Assembly: GCA_046583355.1 (NCBI GenBank)
Contig: JAYGCM010000004.1
Coordinates: forward strand, 20,232 to 84,231
Length of the DNA stretch: 64,000 bases
Direction of reading: 5' to 3'
Source: Deltaproteobacteria bacterium
GTDB lineage: Bacteria > Desulfobacterota > Binatia > UBA12015
The notes beneath the pieces are model-generated. The model was not told where the DNA came from. It saw nothing but the letters and a program-made list of their open reading frames with translations, and did no database searches. Positions 1-18,800 of this stretch are shown piece by piece. Within the stretch, counting starts at the first letter, position 1; each line of letters opens with the position of its first letter. A program made the translations under genes and the position numbers.

Positions 1-450
1 GACCTGTTCCTTCAGGCCGGCCGTAGCCCGCGTGCGCGCGAGGTCGAAGATGCCGGTTTTCAGGGCGGCATTGCCCCAAGGCCGCGCGTGCAGCGAGAGC
101 GGGAAGGCCAAAGCCCAGACCAGGAGCGAAAGCACGAGGATTGGCGCCGCAATCTGGTAGAGACTCAGGCCCGAGGCGCGCATCGCGATGATCTCACTAT
201 CCGAGGACAGGCGCCCGACGGCAAGAATCACCCCGAGCAGCAGTGCCATCGGTACCGTAACCTCAAGGAAGGCAGGCAGAATGTACGAGAAGAGCAGGAG
301 GATCTCCCCGGCGGGGACGCCGCGGTTGACCACGAGCTCGACCAGTTTCATGATCCGCGCGATCAACAAAATGAACGTGAAGAGCGCGAGACCGCCCGCA
401 AACGGGGCCAGCACCTGGAAGAGGATATATCGTTGAAGCGTTCGCCCCAT
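1..450 (-). CDS. lptF: LPS export ABC permease LptF/LptG family, 5' part (runs off the window; absent from the ORF track)
   Basis: Manual minus-strand translation from ATG at 450: MGRTLQRYILFQVLAPF...YILPAFLEVTVPMALLLGVILAVGRLSSDSEIIAMRASGLS, the typical LptF/G N-terminal motif; open to position 1. Confidence 0.85.
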   Translation of the reverse strand, partial: MGRTLQRYILFQVLAPFAGGLALFTFILLIARIMKLVELVVNRGVPAGEILLLFSYILPAFLEVTVPMALLLGVILAVGRLSSDSEIIAMRASGLSLYQIAAPILVLSLLVWALAFPLSLHARPWGNAALKTGIFDLARTRATAGLKEQV

Positions 451-1248
451 GGCGTCCGGCGAAATCTAGCGGCTGGACCGCGCCGTGTAAATCGGCCGCG
501 ACCGGAAGCTGATCGGGGCTACCTGGCGTGCGGCTGGCACGCGGCGACCGCATTCCTGCAAAATCGCCCCAATGCAGTGCGTCAAGTCCTGCTACAAGCG
601 CCGCCCAAGGCTGAGTTCTCCGGCCTGCTCGGCCGTTCCCGGATCGCGGCCAAGGTAGTTACGCCGGCCGTGCTCGATAATTTGAGCGGCGGGGTTGTGC
701 ACCAAGGCGTGATCGTGCAGGGCGAGGCACCGCCCGCGCCCGGGCTCGCGCCGCTGCTCGAGAGCCGGCCCCGCCTCTTGCTCGCCCTCGATAATGTCAC
801 CGATCCACGCAATATCGGTGCGATTGCACGGACGGCCGAGGCCGCGGGCTTTGGTGGGTTGCTGCTGACGCGGGACCGGGCACCGGATCTCTCGCCGGCG
901 CTTGTGAAGACGGCGGCCGGGGCGGTGGAGTTTCTCCCCTTTTGCCGGGTGACGAACCTGGTGCGGGCGCTCGATATCCTGGGAAAGGCCGGATATTGGC
1001 GGATCGGCTTGGATGCCGGGGGCGAAATCGACGTTCTGGATGTCGATGCGGTGCCCGGAATGCCGGCCGTTCTGGTTGCCGGGGCAGAGGGGAAGGGCAT
1101 TCGCCCGCTGGTTCGGCGCAGTCTGGACCGGATCGTGAGTATCCCTATGGTCGGGCATACTGCGTCGCTGAACGTCTCGGTTGCCTGTGGGATCGCCATT
1201 GCTGCCATGGCCCGCGCGGGGCGGGCGGCGGAGGGGCCTCGACCTTGA
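433..1248 (+). CDS. rlmB: TrmH/SpoU-family rRNA 2'-O-methyltransferase (RlmB-like); start uncertain
   Basis: HQGV, LDNVTDPRNIGAIARTA, GAEGKGIR, SIPMVG...SLNVSVA SPOUT motifs; nearest usable start is TTG 433 after GAGGA. Confidence 0.8.
   Translation: MKRSPHGVRRNLAAGPRRVNRPRPEADRGYLACGWHAATAFLQNRPNAVRQVLLQAPPKAEFSGLLGRSRIAAKVVTPAVLDNLSGGVVHQGVIVQGEAPPAPGLAPLLESRPRLLLALDNVTDPRNIGAIARTAEAAGFGGLLLTRDRAPDLSPALVKTAAGAVEFLPFCRVTNLVRALDILGKAGYWRIGLDAGGEIDVLDVDAVPGMPAVLVAGAEGKGIRPLVRRSLDRIVSIPMVGHTASLNVSVACGIAIAAMARAGRAAEGPRP
463..491 (-). promoter_or_regulatory. sigma70-type promoter for lptF
   Basis: Minus strand TTTACA (491-486), 17 nt, TAGATT (468-463), 12 nt upstream of the lptF ATG. Confidence 0.6.
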
Positions 1249-1272
1249 CACCCGTTTCTTTAATGGTAACAA
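1245..1272 (+). promoter_or_regulatory. putative sigma70 promoter of the tRNA cluster
   Basis: TTGACA (1245-1250), 16 nt, TG-n-TAACAA; AT-rich context. Confidence 0.45.
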
Positions 1273-1390
1273 CGACTTTTTTGACTCATCCTAGCTGCGG
1301 GCGCGGTACTCTCGTGGTGCGTGCTTCGCACGGCGGCTGAGTTTTCTCAGATTTTTCAAATAGATGGGGCGTTGCTAGTCGGGGCGCTCA

Positions 1391-1463
1391 GCCGATGTGG
1401 CTCAATTGGTAGAGCGACTGATTTGTAATCAGTAGGTTGTCGGTTCAAGTCCGATCATCGGCT
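1391..1463 (+). tRNA. tRNA-Thr(TGT)
   Basis: Acceptor GCCGATG/CATCGGC, anticodon arm CTGAT-TTGTAA-TCAG, GGTTCAA T-loop. Confidence 0.95.
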
Positions 1464-1483
1464 TACGTCGGCGCGCGAGTAGC

Positions 1484-1566
1484 GGAGAGGTACCCAAGTG
1501 GCCAACGGGAGCAGACTGTAAATCTGCCGGCGTAAGCCTACGTAGGTTCGAATCCTACCCTCTCCA
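1484..1566 (+). tRNA. tRNA-Tyr(GTA)
   Basis: Acceptor GGAGAGG/CCTCTCC, GCAGA-CTGTAAA-TCTGC, long variable arm, GGTTCGAATCC. Confidence 0.95.
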
Positions 1567-1629
1567 CTTAATTAGACAAAAGAACATGATTGGTTGGACG
1601 GCACCGGGCTTTATTGCCGGGGTCGGCGC

Positions 1630-1703
1630 GCGGGAATAGCTCAGCTGGCTAGAGCACGAGCCTTCCAAGCTCGGGGTCGCGGGTTCGAATCCCGTTTCCC
1701 GCT
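1630..1703 (+). tRNA. tRNA-Gly(TCC)
   Basis: GCGGGAA/TTCCCGC, CGAGC-CTTCCAA-GCTCG, GGTTCGAATCC. Confidence 0.95.
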
Positions 1704-1743
1704 CCTGATTTAGAGAAGAAATATTCGGTCGTATAAGACGAAG

Positions 1744-1816
1744 GCCCAGGTAGCTCAGTTGGTAGAGCACGTCATTGGTAATGACGAGGTCGGCGGTTCG
1801 AGCCCGCTCCTGGGCT
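1744..1816 (+). tRNA. tRNA-Thr(GGT)
   Basis: GCCCAGG/CCTGGGC, CGTCA-TTGGTAA-TGACG, GGTTCGA. Confidence 0.95.
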
Positions 1817-1889
1817 CGCAGGAAAGAAGTTCTGGCGGGGACATGGTAAGTGCAACGTGTACCTCCAGGGTGCGGGTAGGAAAATACAA

Positions 1890-1964
1890 GGGCCAGTAGC
1901 TCGAATTGGCTAGAGCATCGGACTCCAAATCCGAGGGTTGCAGGTTCGAACCCTGCCTGGCCTG
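1890..1964 (+). tRNA. tRNA-Trp(CCA)
   Basis: GGGCCAG/CTGGCCT, TCGGA-CTCCAAA-TCCGA, GGTTCGAACC; usual position before secE. Confidence 0.95.
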
Positions 1965-2020
1965 TTGAACATCGATCGAGGCGGTTCCCCTTTGGGGGCC
2001 GGCTCAGGTGAAATCTGAAA

Positions 2021-2290
2021 ATGGCGTCCAGAAACGAAACGAATCAGACATCCGGAGCGAAAAGTGCTGCGGGAGGATCCATGGGAGGCGTGATGACTCT
2101 CGTGCCTCGTGCTGTGCAATTCGTTCGTGAGGCTTGGTACGAAGTATCCAAGGTCCACTTCCCGACCCGCCAGGAAACCTGGCAGGCGACGGCGGTTGTG
2201 GTCGCCGTGGTGCTGGTGGCAGCGGTCTTCCTCGGCCTGGTCGACTTCGTGCTCTCGTATATCATGCAGCTCTTCATGGAGACGGCCTGA
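2021..2290 (+). CDS. secE: Preprotein translocase SecE
   Basis: FVREAWYEVSKVHFPTRQET followed by one TM helix; lies between tRNA-Trp and nusG. Confidence 0.93.
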   Translation: MASRNETNQTSGAKSAAGGSMGGVMTLVPRAVQFVREAWYEVSKVHFPTRQETWQATAVVVAVVLVAAVFLGLVDFVLSYIMQLFMETA

Positions 2291-2342
2291 TGGTTTCGTT
2301 TTTCCACAGCTGGCGCCTGCGCGCTGCGGGCGGGAGGGTCTG

Positions 2343-3005
2343 ATGTCGAATGAGCCCGAAAGCGGCGCGGTCGCGGTAAAGCCACGGACCTATTGGTTCG
2401 TCGTACATACCTACTCCGGCTATGAGGCCAAGGTTCAGGCCTCGATGGAAGAGCGCAAGCGCGCCGAGTTGGTGCGCAAAGAAGCGGAAATCGCCAGGTT
2501 CAAAGCGCGCGACTCGCTGACCGAACGCGACGAAATGATGCTCGGAGAGGCCGAAACCGCCGTAGAGGAACTCAACTCCTTCTACGAGGTTCTGGTGCCG
2601 GCCGAGAAGGTCGTCGAGTTGGTCAAGGGCGAGCGCCGCACCTCGACACGCAAATTTTTCCCAGGCTATGTGCTGATTCATGTCGGCCGGCTCGGGGATT
2701 TTCTCAAAGGATTCATCCGTGCGACGCCTCGGGTCACCGGCTTTGTCGGTGGCACGAACGATCCGCCGGCGATCAGCGATGCCGAGGTCCTGGAGATCAC
2801 CCAGCAGATGGAAGAGGGGGCGACCAAGCCCAAGGATCTCTTCTCGGTGGGAGATACCATCAAGGTAATCGACGGTCCTTTCCTGGACTTCACCGGCGAG
2901 GTCGAAGGTGTGAAGCCCGAGAAGGGCAAGCTCAGGGTTCTGATCAGCATCTTCGGGCGCGCAACGCCTGTCGAACTCGAATACGTCCAGGTCGAGAAGG
3001 CCTGA
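2343..3005 (+). CDS. nusG: Transcription factor NusG with a helical insert
   Basis: [40 protein letters not shown]...[13 protein letters not shown] 2343 after GGAGG. Confidence 0.96.
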   Translation: MSNEPESGAVAVKPRTYWFVVHTYSGYEAKVQASMEERKRAELVRKEAEIARFKARDSLTERDEMMLGEAETAVEELNSFYEVLVPAEKVVELVKGERRTSTRKFFPGYVLIHVGRLGDFLKGFIRATPRVTGFVGGTNDPPAISDAEVLEITQQMEEGATKPKDLFSVGDTIKVIDGPFLDFTGEVEGVKPEKGKLRVLISIFGRATPVELEYVQVEKA

Positions 3006-3072
3006 GTGGCGCATCGCGCCTCATTTAATCTATCACGCAACCGACACGCGACGGACACGCAGAGGAATAGCA

Positions 3073-3498
3073 GTGGCAAAGAAGGTAACCGGCGAGATCA
3101 AACTCCAGATTCCCGCAGGCAAGGCGAATCCAAGCCCGCCTGTTGGGCCGGCGCTGGGTCAGCGCGGCGTGAATATCATGGAATTCTGCAAGGCGTTCAA
3201 CGCCGAGACGCAGCAGCAGGCCGGGCTGATTATTCCGGTTGTGATTACGGTCTACGCAGACCGCTCTTTCACCTTCATCACCAAGACGCCGCCGGCGTCC
3301 GTCCTGCTTCTGAAGGCAGCGAAGCTGAAGAAGGGCTCCGGTGAGCCACGCCGTACCTCCGTTGGCTCGGTGACCCAGGCGCAGGTTCGCGAGATCGCCG
3401 AGCTGAAAATGCCGGATCTGAATGCCATCACGATTGAAGGCGCTGAGAATATCATCGCCGGAACCGCACGCAGCATGGGTCTCTCGGTCGAAGGCTGA
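3073..3498 (+). CDS. rplK: 50S protein L11
   Basis: [23 protein letters not shown]. Confidence 0.98.
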   Translation: MAKKVTGEIKLQIPAGKANPSPPVGPALGQRGVNIMEFCKAFNAETQQQAGLIIPVVITVYADRSFTFITKTPPASVLLLKAAKLKKGSGEPRRTSVGSVTQAQVREIAELKMPDLNAITIEGAENIIAGTARSMGLSVEG

Positions 3499-3538
3499 CC
3501 TTTCGGTTCAGCGATACGAATTAGAAGAAAGCGGAATC

Positions 3539-4243
3539 ATGGGACGCACGAGTAAACGGATGACCAAAGCACGCGAGAAAGTCGACTCGGCCAAGCGCTA
3601 TAGCTTGGACGAGGCGCTTGCGGTCGCATTGGACGCGGACGCACCGAAATTCGACGAAACCGTCGAGTTGGCGGTTCGTCTCGGCGTCGACCCTCGCCAA
3701 GCCGATCAGAACGTCCGCGGAACCTGCCAATTGCCCCACGGCACCGGCAAGACCGTGCGCGTCCTGGTCTTCGCCAAGGGCGAGAAGTTGGCCGAGGCCG
3801 AGAAGGCCGGCGCCGATTTCGCCGGCGGCGAAGAGCTCGCCGCGAAAATCACAGGCGAAGGCTGGCTCGATTTCGACAAGGTCATCGCCACGCCCGATAT
3901 GATGGCGGTCGTCGGCAAACTCGGTAAGGTCCTCGGACCGCGCGGCATGATGCCGAACCCGAAGGTCGGTACGGTGACGATGGACGTCGCGCGCGCCGTC
4001 TCGGAGGTCAAGGCCGGCAAGGTCGAGTACCGCGTCGAGAAAGCCGGCATCATCCATGTGCCGATCGGCAAGCGCTCCTTCGGGGTTGAGAAACTGGTAG
4101 AGAACGCCAACGCCGTGATTGACGGTCTGGTTCGAGCCAAGCCCTCTACCGCCAAGGGCACCTACCTCCGCTCGGTCGCCGTCTCCACGACGATGGGCCC
4201 AGGCGTGAGTATCGATCCCGCCAGCGCAAACCTGGCCGCTTAG
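3539..4243 (+). CDS. rplA: 50S protein L1
   Basis: [25 protein letters not shown]. Confidence 0.98.
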   Translation: MGRTSKRMTKAREKVDSAKRYSLDEALAVALDADAPKFDETVELAVRLGVDPRQADQNVRGTCQLPHGTGKTVRVLVFAKGEKLAEAEKAGADFAGGEELAAKITGEGWLDFDKVIATPDMMAVVGKLGKVLGPRGMMPNPKVGTVTMDVARAVSEVKAGKVEYRVEKAGIIHVPIGKRSFGVEKLVENANAVIDGLVRAKPSTAKGTYLRSVAVSTTMGPGVSIDPASANLAA

Positions 4244-4267
4244 CGGCACCGCAGGGAGAGCACCAAC

Positions 4268-4795
4268 GTGAATCTGCAAGAAAAAACTGAAACCGTCGAA
4301 GGTCTGAAAGACCGTTTTTCCCGCGCTACAGTGACGCTGCTGGCGGAGCCGCGGGGCCTTTCGGTCGCGAGCGTCTCCGACTTGCGCAACAAAGTGCGCG
4401 CGCTCGACGGCGAGTACAAGATTGCGAAAAACTCGCTGGCGAAGCTGGCGATTGCCGACACTCCGAGTGCCGCTCTCGCCGACCAGCTCAAGGGGCAAAC
4501 GGCCCTGGTCTTTGGCTACGGTGACCCGATCGCCGTGCTCAAGGAAATTGTCGACTATATCAAAGAGAACGAAGACAAGATGGACGTCCGGGCGGCTGTG
4601 CTCGATGGCGACCTCTATGACGAAGCGGGCGTTCGGAAGCTGTCGAAACTCGGCAGCCTGAACGAAGTCCGCGGGCAGTTTCTCCGCATCCTTTCGGCGC
4701 CGGGCACCCAGCTCGTGCGTCTCATCAGCGAGCCGGGCGGTCAGATTGCCCGTGTTTTGCAGGCGCGCGCCGACGCTGGCGCCGCCGGGGAATGA
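4268..4795 (+). CDS. rplJ: 50S protein L10
   Basis: RGLSV..LR, AKNSL; the C-terminal helix appears to have three segments (possible L10:L12 1:6 type). Confidence 0.95.
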   Translation: MNLQEKTETVEGLKDRFSRATVTLLAEPRGLSVASVSDLRNKVRALDGEYKIAKNSLAKLAIADTPSAALADQLKGQTALVFGYGDPIAVLKEIVDYIKENEDKMDVRAAVLDGDLYDEAGVRKLSKLGSLNEVRGQFLRILSAPGTQLVRLISEPGGQIARVLQARADAGAAGE

Positions 4796-4867
4796 TCGCA
4801 GCGGTTCGTAACGAACCCCTAACCAAAACGGGCCTTGGCCCGACCGAACGAGGGAGTAAATAAGACC

Positions 4868-5254
4868 ATGGCCATGACAGCGGAGCAGATGAACGAGCTG
4901 ATCGAAAACCTTTCGGGCCTCACAATTCTTGAGGCCTCTGAGCTGGTAAAGCAGCTTGAAGACAAATGGGGCGTCTCCGCGGCCGCTCCGGTTGCGGTTG
5001 CAGCCGCCGGCGGCGGTGACGGTGGCGGCGCAGAAGCCGAGAAGGACGAATTCAGCGTTATTCTCAAGGCAGCCGGCGACAAGAAGATCCAGGTCATCAA
5101 GACCGTCCGTGAGATCACGGGGCTCGGCCTGAAAGAGGCCAAGGATCTCGTCGACAGCGCACCCAAGGCGGTCAAAGAAGGCCTGCCCAAGGTGGAAGCC
5201 GAGGAGATCAAGGCCAAACTCGAAGGGGCCGGCGCTACCGTCGAGCTCGATTGA
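4868..5254 (+). CDS. rplL: 50S protein L7/L12
   Basis: [37 protein letters not shown]. Confidence 0.98.
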   Translation: MAMTAEQMNELIENLSGLTILEASELVKQLEDKWGVSAAAPVAVAAAGGGDGGGAEAEKDEFSVILKAAGDKKIQVIKTVREITGLGLKEAKDLVDSAPKAVKEGLPKVEAEEIKAKLEGAGATVELD

Positions 5255-5309
5255 GCAGCGTGCGCGCCCTCGGGCGCATGTCCTTGCGGACAACAAAAAC
5301 AGCGGAAGT

Positions 5310-5350
5310 GAGCTGCGCGGGGCCCGGTGGGTCCCGTGCGCGCTCGTTTT
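5310..5350 (+). terminator. putative terminator/attenuator between rplL and rpoB
   Basis: GC-rich stem GAGC-TGCGCGGGGCCC/GGGTCCCGTGCG-CGCTC followed by GTTTT. Confidence 0.5.
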
Positions 5351-5412
5351 CAGGCTCGAAGAGTCGTATTGCTGCGCTTGGCGCACCGGTACGACAGGAG
5401 CGAAGAGCATAG

Positions 5413-9561
<4,149 letters not shown>

Positions 9562-9564
9562 TCG

Positions 9565-13841
<4,277 letters not shown>

Positions 13842-13845
<4 letters not shown>

Positions 13846-13870
13846 CAGCCCGCTCTTCGTTCCCTAAACC
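13842..13870 (+). promoter_or_regulatory. sigma70 promoter of the str operon
   Basis: TTGACA, 17 nt, TAAACC; a weaker GTAACA-17-TAAACT lies at about 13931-13959. Confidence 0.55.
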
Positions 13871-14012
13871 CCGAGAGTTTTCAAGGCTTCCTCCAGTCGC
13901 CGAATCCGGTGGCCCTGTCAGGCGGGAAGAGTAACATTAATTATTAGCGTCGCTAAACTATGGCGCTGCCTCGCAGAAGGCGAGTGAATCGATCGAGGAA
14001 CCTGGACCCCTC

Positions 14013-14384
14013 ATGCCGACCATTAATCAGCTGGTAAAAAAAGGACGCGTGGTACAGAAGCGTCGTCCGAACGTGCCGGCTCTCGATAAGTCCCCGCAAA
14101 AGCGGGGCGTTTGTACCAGGGTCTATACATCGACCCCGAAAAAGCCGAACTCGGCGCTGCGTAAAGTGGCCCGTGTCCGACTGACGAACGGTGCCGAGGT
14201 CACGTCCTACATTCCGGGTATCGGTCACAACCTGCAGGAACATTCGGTCGTTCTCATTCGAGGCGGGCGTGTGAAGGATCTGCCCGGCGTGCGCTACCAC
14301 ATTGTGCGTGGCACGCTCGACACGGTCGGAGTGCAGGATCGCAGACAGGGTCGCTCCAAGTACGGCGCAAAACGACCTAAGTAG
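14013..14384 (+). CDS. rpsL: 30S protein S12
   Basis: [26 protein letters not shown]. Confidence 0.99.
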   Translation: MPTINQLVKKGRVVQKRRPNVPALDKSPQKRGVCTRVYTSTPKKPNSALRKVARVRLTNGAEVTSYIPGIGHNLQEHSVVLIRGGRVKDLPGVRYHIVRGTLDTVGVQDRRQGRSKYGAKRPK

Positions 14385-14581
14385 GGTGCGCGCTTGAAGC
14401 GCATTCAGCCAGGTCTTAATTGAACATCTAAGGGAATCCTCGGTGGACCTTACTCGTGATCGGGTAGGTGCGGGCGGGGGCGTGCGGACATCGGGCATCA
14501 GCCAGGTGGCCGCCGATTGCGGGAACTGTTTTCCATCGGCGAAGAAATCGCCAATGGGCAAACCGAAAGCCAGAAGAAACA

Positions 14582-15052
14582 ATGCCACGTAAAGGTGAGG
14601 TACGCCGGCGGGAAGTCCTGCCGGATCCGAAATACCATGACAAGGTCGTCACGAAGTTCATGAACAACATGATGCTTCAGGGCAAGAAGAGCCTCGTCGA
14701 GGGGATCTTCTACGGTGCTCTCGACATGATCGCGGAGCGTACGCAGGATGACCCGCTTGAGATCTTCAAGGCGGCGCTCGATAACGCCAAGCCAGGCGTC
14801 GAGGTTCGTTCTCGTCGCGTCGGCGGGGCGACCTATCAGGTGCCAGTCGAGGTTCGTCAGAGTCGGCGGGTTGCTTTGGCGATGCGCTGGATTGTGCTGA
14901 GCGCGCGTGCGCGCCATGAGAAGTCGATGGCCGAGCGCCTTGCGGCGGAGTTCATGGACGCAGCGAATATGCGTGGCAACGCCGTCAAACGGCGTGAAGA
15001 CACCCACCGGATGGCAGAAGCGAACAACGCCTTCTCACATTATCGCTGGTAG
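14582..15052 (+). CDS. rpsG: 30S protein S7
   Basis: [23 protein letters not shown]. Confidence 0.98.
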   Translation: MPRKGEVRRREVLPDPKYHDKVVTKFMNNMMLQGKKSLVEGIFYGALDMIAERTQDDPLEIFKAALDNAKPGVEVRSRRVGGATYQVPVEVRQSRRVALAMRWIVLSARARHEKSMAERLAAEFMDAANMRGNAVKRREDTHRMAEANNAFSHYRW

Positions 15053-15064
15053 GGAAGCGGAACC

Positions 15065-17143
15065 ATGGCACGCACCATTCCTCTCAAGAATATCCGCAAT
15101 ATCGGCATCATGGCCCATATTGACGCGGGCAAGACCACAACGACCGAGCGGATTCTCTTCTACACCGGCATCAACTACAAAATAGGCGAGGTCCACGATG
15201 GCTCGGCCACGATGGATTGGATGGAGCAGGAGCAGGAGCGTGGCATCACCATCACCTCAGCTGCGACTACTTGCGAGTGGGCGGACCACCGCATCAATAT
15301 CATCGACACGCCCGGCCACGTCGACTTCACGATGGAAGTCGAGCGCTCCTTGCGGGTACTCGACGGCGCGGTTGCACTCTTCGATTCCGTAGCCGGGGTC
15401 GAGCCTCAATCCGAGACCGTCTGGCGCCAGGCCGACAAATACGGCGTTCCTCGTATCGCCTTCATCAACAAGATGGACCGTATCGGTGCCGACTTCGAGA
15501 TGAGCATCGGCATGATCGAAGACCGCCTCGGGGCGAATCCCGTCCGCCTGAACCTGCCGATTGGTGCCGAAGAAGATTTCCTCGGTGTGGTCGATTTGGT
15601 CAAGATGAAGGCGCTGATCTGGGACACCGAAGATATAGGTTCGAGCTACCGCGAGGAGGATATCCCCGCCGAGCTCGAAACCGACGCCGCCACCTATCGT
15701 GAGGCATTGGTCGAGGCCGCCGCCGAGAGCGACGACGCCCTGATGGAGAAGTATCTCGAGGGCGCCGAGATCGGCATGGACGAGCTCAAGGCCGCCGTCC
15801 GCAAGGCGACATTGACGGGTGCGCTTGTGCCGGTACTCTGTGGCACGGCGTTCAAGAACAAGGGTGTCCAGCCTCTGCTCGATGCTGTCGTGGACTATCT
15901 GCCGTCGCCGCTCGACAAGAAGGCCATCGAAGGGCTCGATCATAAGGGTGATACGATCACCCGCGCCACGGCAGATGACGCGCCCTTCAGCGCGCTCGCC
16001 TTCAAGATCATGACCGACCCCTTCGTCGGTACGCTGACTTTCTTCCGGGTCTACTCGGGCTCGATGGTGGCCGGCTCCTACGTGTATAACTCCGTGCGCC
16101 AGCGCAAAGAGCGTGTCGGCCGCATTTTGAAGATGCACGCCAACAAGCGTGAAGAGATCAAAGAGGCCATGGCCGGCGATATCGCCGCTGCGGTCGGACT
16201 CAAAGATACCCGCACCGGCGACACTCTTTGCGCCGAGAAAGATCCGATCATCCTGGAGCCGATCGACTTCCCGGATCCGGTCATTGATATCGCGATCGAA
16301 CCCAAGACCAAGAGCGACCAGGAGAAGCTCTCCACCGCGCTGGGCAAGCTGGCGGTGGAAGATCCTTCTTTCCGCGTGCGCTCCGACGAGGAAACCGGCC
16401 AGACGATCATCGCCGGCATGGGCGAGCTCCATTTGGAGATCATCGTCGACCGCCTGCTGCGCGAGTTCAGCGTGGATGCCAATGTCGGCAAGCCGCAGGT
16501 CGCCTACCGCGAGACGATCGGCAAGCAAGTCGAGCAGGAGACCAAGTTCTCCCGCCAGACAGGTGGTCGCGGCCAATTCGGTCACGTCATTCTCGAAGTT
16601 TCACCGCAGAAGCCGGGCGAAGGCATCGTCTTCAGCGACAAGATCAAGGGCGGCAATATTCCCAAGGAATATATCCCGGCTGTAGAGAAGGGCGTCCGCG
16701 AGGCCCTGCAGACTGGCGTGATGGCTGGCTACCCGGTCGTCGATGTCAAGATCACGCTGCTCGACGGCTCCTACCACGAAGTCGACTCCTCGGAGATGGC
16801 CTTCAAGATCGCCGGTTCCATGGCGATCAAGGACGCATGTCGCAAGGCGAAGCCGGTTCTGCTTGAGCCTGTTATGGCAGTCGAGGTCGTCACCCCAGAA
16901 GATTTCATGGGTGATGTCATCGGCAACCTGAGCAGCCGCCGCGGCAAGGTTCAGGGCATGGAGCCACGCGCTGGTGCCCAGGTGGTGACGGCCGAGGTGC
17001 CGCTCAAGGAAATGTTCGGCTATTCCACCGAGCTGCGTTCGATGACGCAGGGCCGGGCCAATTACAGCATGCAATTCGCTCAATACGAGGCAGCGCCGAG
17101 TTCGATCTGTGAAGAGATCACGGCGAAGGCTGCCGGTAGCTGA
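15065..17143 (+). CDS. fusA: Elongation factor G
   Basis: [31 protein letters not shown]. Confidence 0.99.
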   Translation: MARTIPLKNIRNIGIMAHIDAGKTTTTERILFYTGINYKIGEVHDGSATMDWMEQEQERGITITSAATTCEWADHRINIIDTPGHVDFTMEVERSLRVLDGAVALFDSVAGVEPQSETVWRQADKYGVPRIAFINKMDRIGADFEMSIGMIEDRLGANPVRLNLPIGAEEDFLGVVDLVKMKALIWDTEDIGSSYREEDIPAELETDAATYREALVEAAAESDDALMEKYLEGAEIGMDELKAAVRKATLTGALVPVLCGTAFKNKGVQPLLDAVVDYLPSPLDKKAIEGLDHKGDTITRATADDAPFSALAFKIMTDPFVGTLTFFRVYSGSMVAGSYVYNSVRQRKERVGRILKMHANKREEIKEAMAGDIAAAVGLKDTRTGDTLCAEKDPIILEPIDFPDPVIDIAIEPKTKSDQEKLSTALGKLAVEDPSFRVRSDEETGQTIIAGMGELHLEIIVDRLLREFSVDANVGKPQVAYRETIGKQVEQETKFSRQTGGRGQFGHVILEVSPQKPGEGIVFSDKIKGGNIPKEYIPAVEKGVREALQTGVMAGYPVVDVKITLLDGSYHEVDSSEMAFKIAGSMAIKDACRKAKPVLLEPVMAVEVVTPEDFMGDVIGNLSSRRGKVQGMEPRAGAQVVTAEVPLKEMFGYSTELRSMTQGRANYSMQFAQYEAAPSSICEEITAKAAGS

Positions 17144-17225
17144 TTAGAAATTAATTTTTGATGAGGGGGCCCCATGCCGGGGCGCCCGAGCCGGGACAGG
17201 TCCCGGTGCAGACGGGGAGATACAG

Positions 17226-18416
17226 ATGGCCAAGGAAAAGTTCGAGCGCACCAAACCACATTTCAATGTGGGCACGATCGGACATATCGACCACGGGAAA
17301 ACGACGCTTACGGCGGCGATTACCAAGGTTCAGGCGTCGAAGGGTCTTGGCGAATACGCCGCCTTTGACGCCATCGATAAGGCGCCGGAAGAGCGTGCAC
17401 GTGGTATCACGATTTCCACAGCACACGTCGAGTACGAATCGACAGCGCGGCATTATGCGCACGTCGATTGCCCCGGCCATGCCGATTATATCAAGAACAT
17501 GATTACGGGCGCGGCCCAGATGGACGGCGCGATTCTCGTCGTCGCCGCCACCGATGGTCCGATGCCGCAGACGCGTGAGCATATCCTGCTTGCCCGCCAG
17601 GTCGGCGTACCGGGCATCGTCGTCTTCATGAACAAATGCGACGCTGTCGATGACCCCGAACTCCTTGAGCTCGTTGAGCTGGAGGTGCGTGAGCTCCTCT
17701 CGAAATACGAGTTCCCGGGCGACGATATCCCCGTCATTCAGGGCAGCGCCCTGAAGGCTCTCGAGGGCGATACCTCGGAGGTCGGCATAGAGTCGATCGT
17801 CAAGCTGGTGGACGCACTCGACAATTACTTCCCGGATCCGGTCCGGGCCGTGGACGAGCCCTTCCTCATGCCTGTCGAGGATGTTTTCTCGATCTCGGGA
17901 CGTGGCACGGTTGCCACGGGTCGTGTCGAGCGTGGCATCATCAAGGTTGGCGAAGAGATCGAAATCGTCGGCATCAAGCCGACCGAGAAGACCATCGTCA
18001 CGGGCGTTGAGATGTTCCGCAAGCTCCTCGACGAGGGCCAGGCGGGCGACAATATCGGCGCGCTGCTTCGTGGTGTGAAGCGTGAGGATATCGAGCGCGG
18101 TCAGGTTCTGGCCAAGCCCGGCTCGATCACGCCGCATACCGAGTACTCGGCCGAGATCTACTCGCTGACCAAGGAAGAGGGCGGGCGTCATACCCCGATC
18201 TTCAACGGCTATCGTCCCCAATTCTACTTCCGTACGACCGATGTGACCGGGATTCTCACGCTGCCAGAAGGCACCGAGATGATCATGCCGGGTGACAATA
18301 CCAACGTCACCGTGAAGCTCATCACGCCGATCGCCATGGACGAAGGTCTGCGCTTCGCTATCCGCGAAGGTGGACGTACTGTCGGCGCTGGCGTCGTCAG
18401 CAAGATCCTCGAGTAG
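17226..18416 (+). CDS. tuf: Elongation factor Tu
   Basis: [29 protein letters not shown]. Confidence 0.99.
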   Translation: MAKEKFERTKPHFNVGTIGHIDHGKTTLTAAITKVQASKGLGEYAAFDAIDKAPEERARGITISTAHVEYESTARHYAHVDCPGHADYIKNMITGAAQMDGAILVVAATDGPMPQTREHILLARQVGVPGIVVFMNKCDAVDDPELLELVELEVRELLSKYEFPGDDIPVIQGSALKALEGDTSEVGIESIVKLVDALDNYFPDPVRAVDEPFLMPVEDVFSISGRGTVATGRVERGIIKVGEEIEIVGIKPTEKTIVTGVEMFRKLLDEGQAGDNIGALLRGVKREDIERGQVLAKPGSITPHTEYSAEIYSLTKEEGGRHTPIFNGYRPQFYFRTTDVTGILTLPEGTEMIMPGDNTNVTVKLITPIAMDEGLRFAIREGGRTVGAGVVSKILE

Positions 18417-18423
18417 TTTCACA

Positions 18424-18732
<309 letters not shown>

Positions 18733-18800
18733 GGCCGGACGGATCTCGCAGAAAGCGACTTAAAGTATCATGAATTCTCGCAACCCAGGAGGGCTTTCCC

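Noticed and set aside
88..432. N-terminal 115 aa of the 88-1248 ORF
   Set aside because: It is the antisense of lptF and not part of the methylase
14555..14572. GGGCAAACC-GAAA-GCC resembling a c-di-GMP-I riboswitch
   Set aside because: Lacks the P2 stem, the GGGACGCAAAGCC segment and P3
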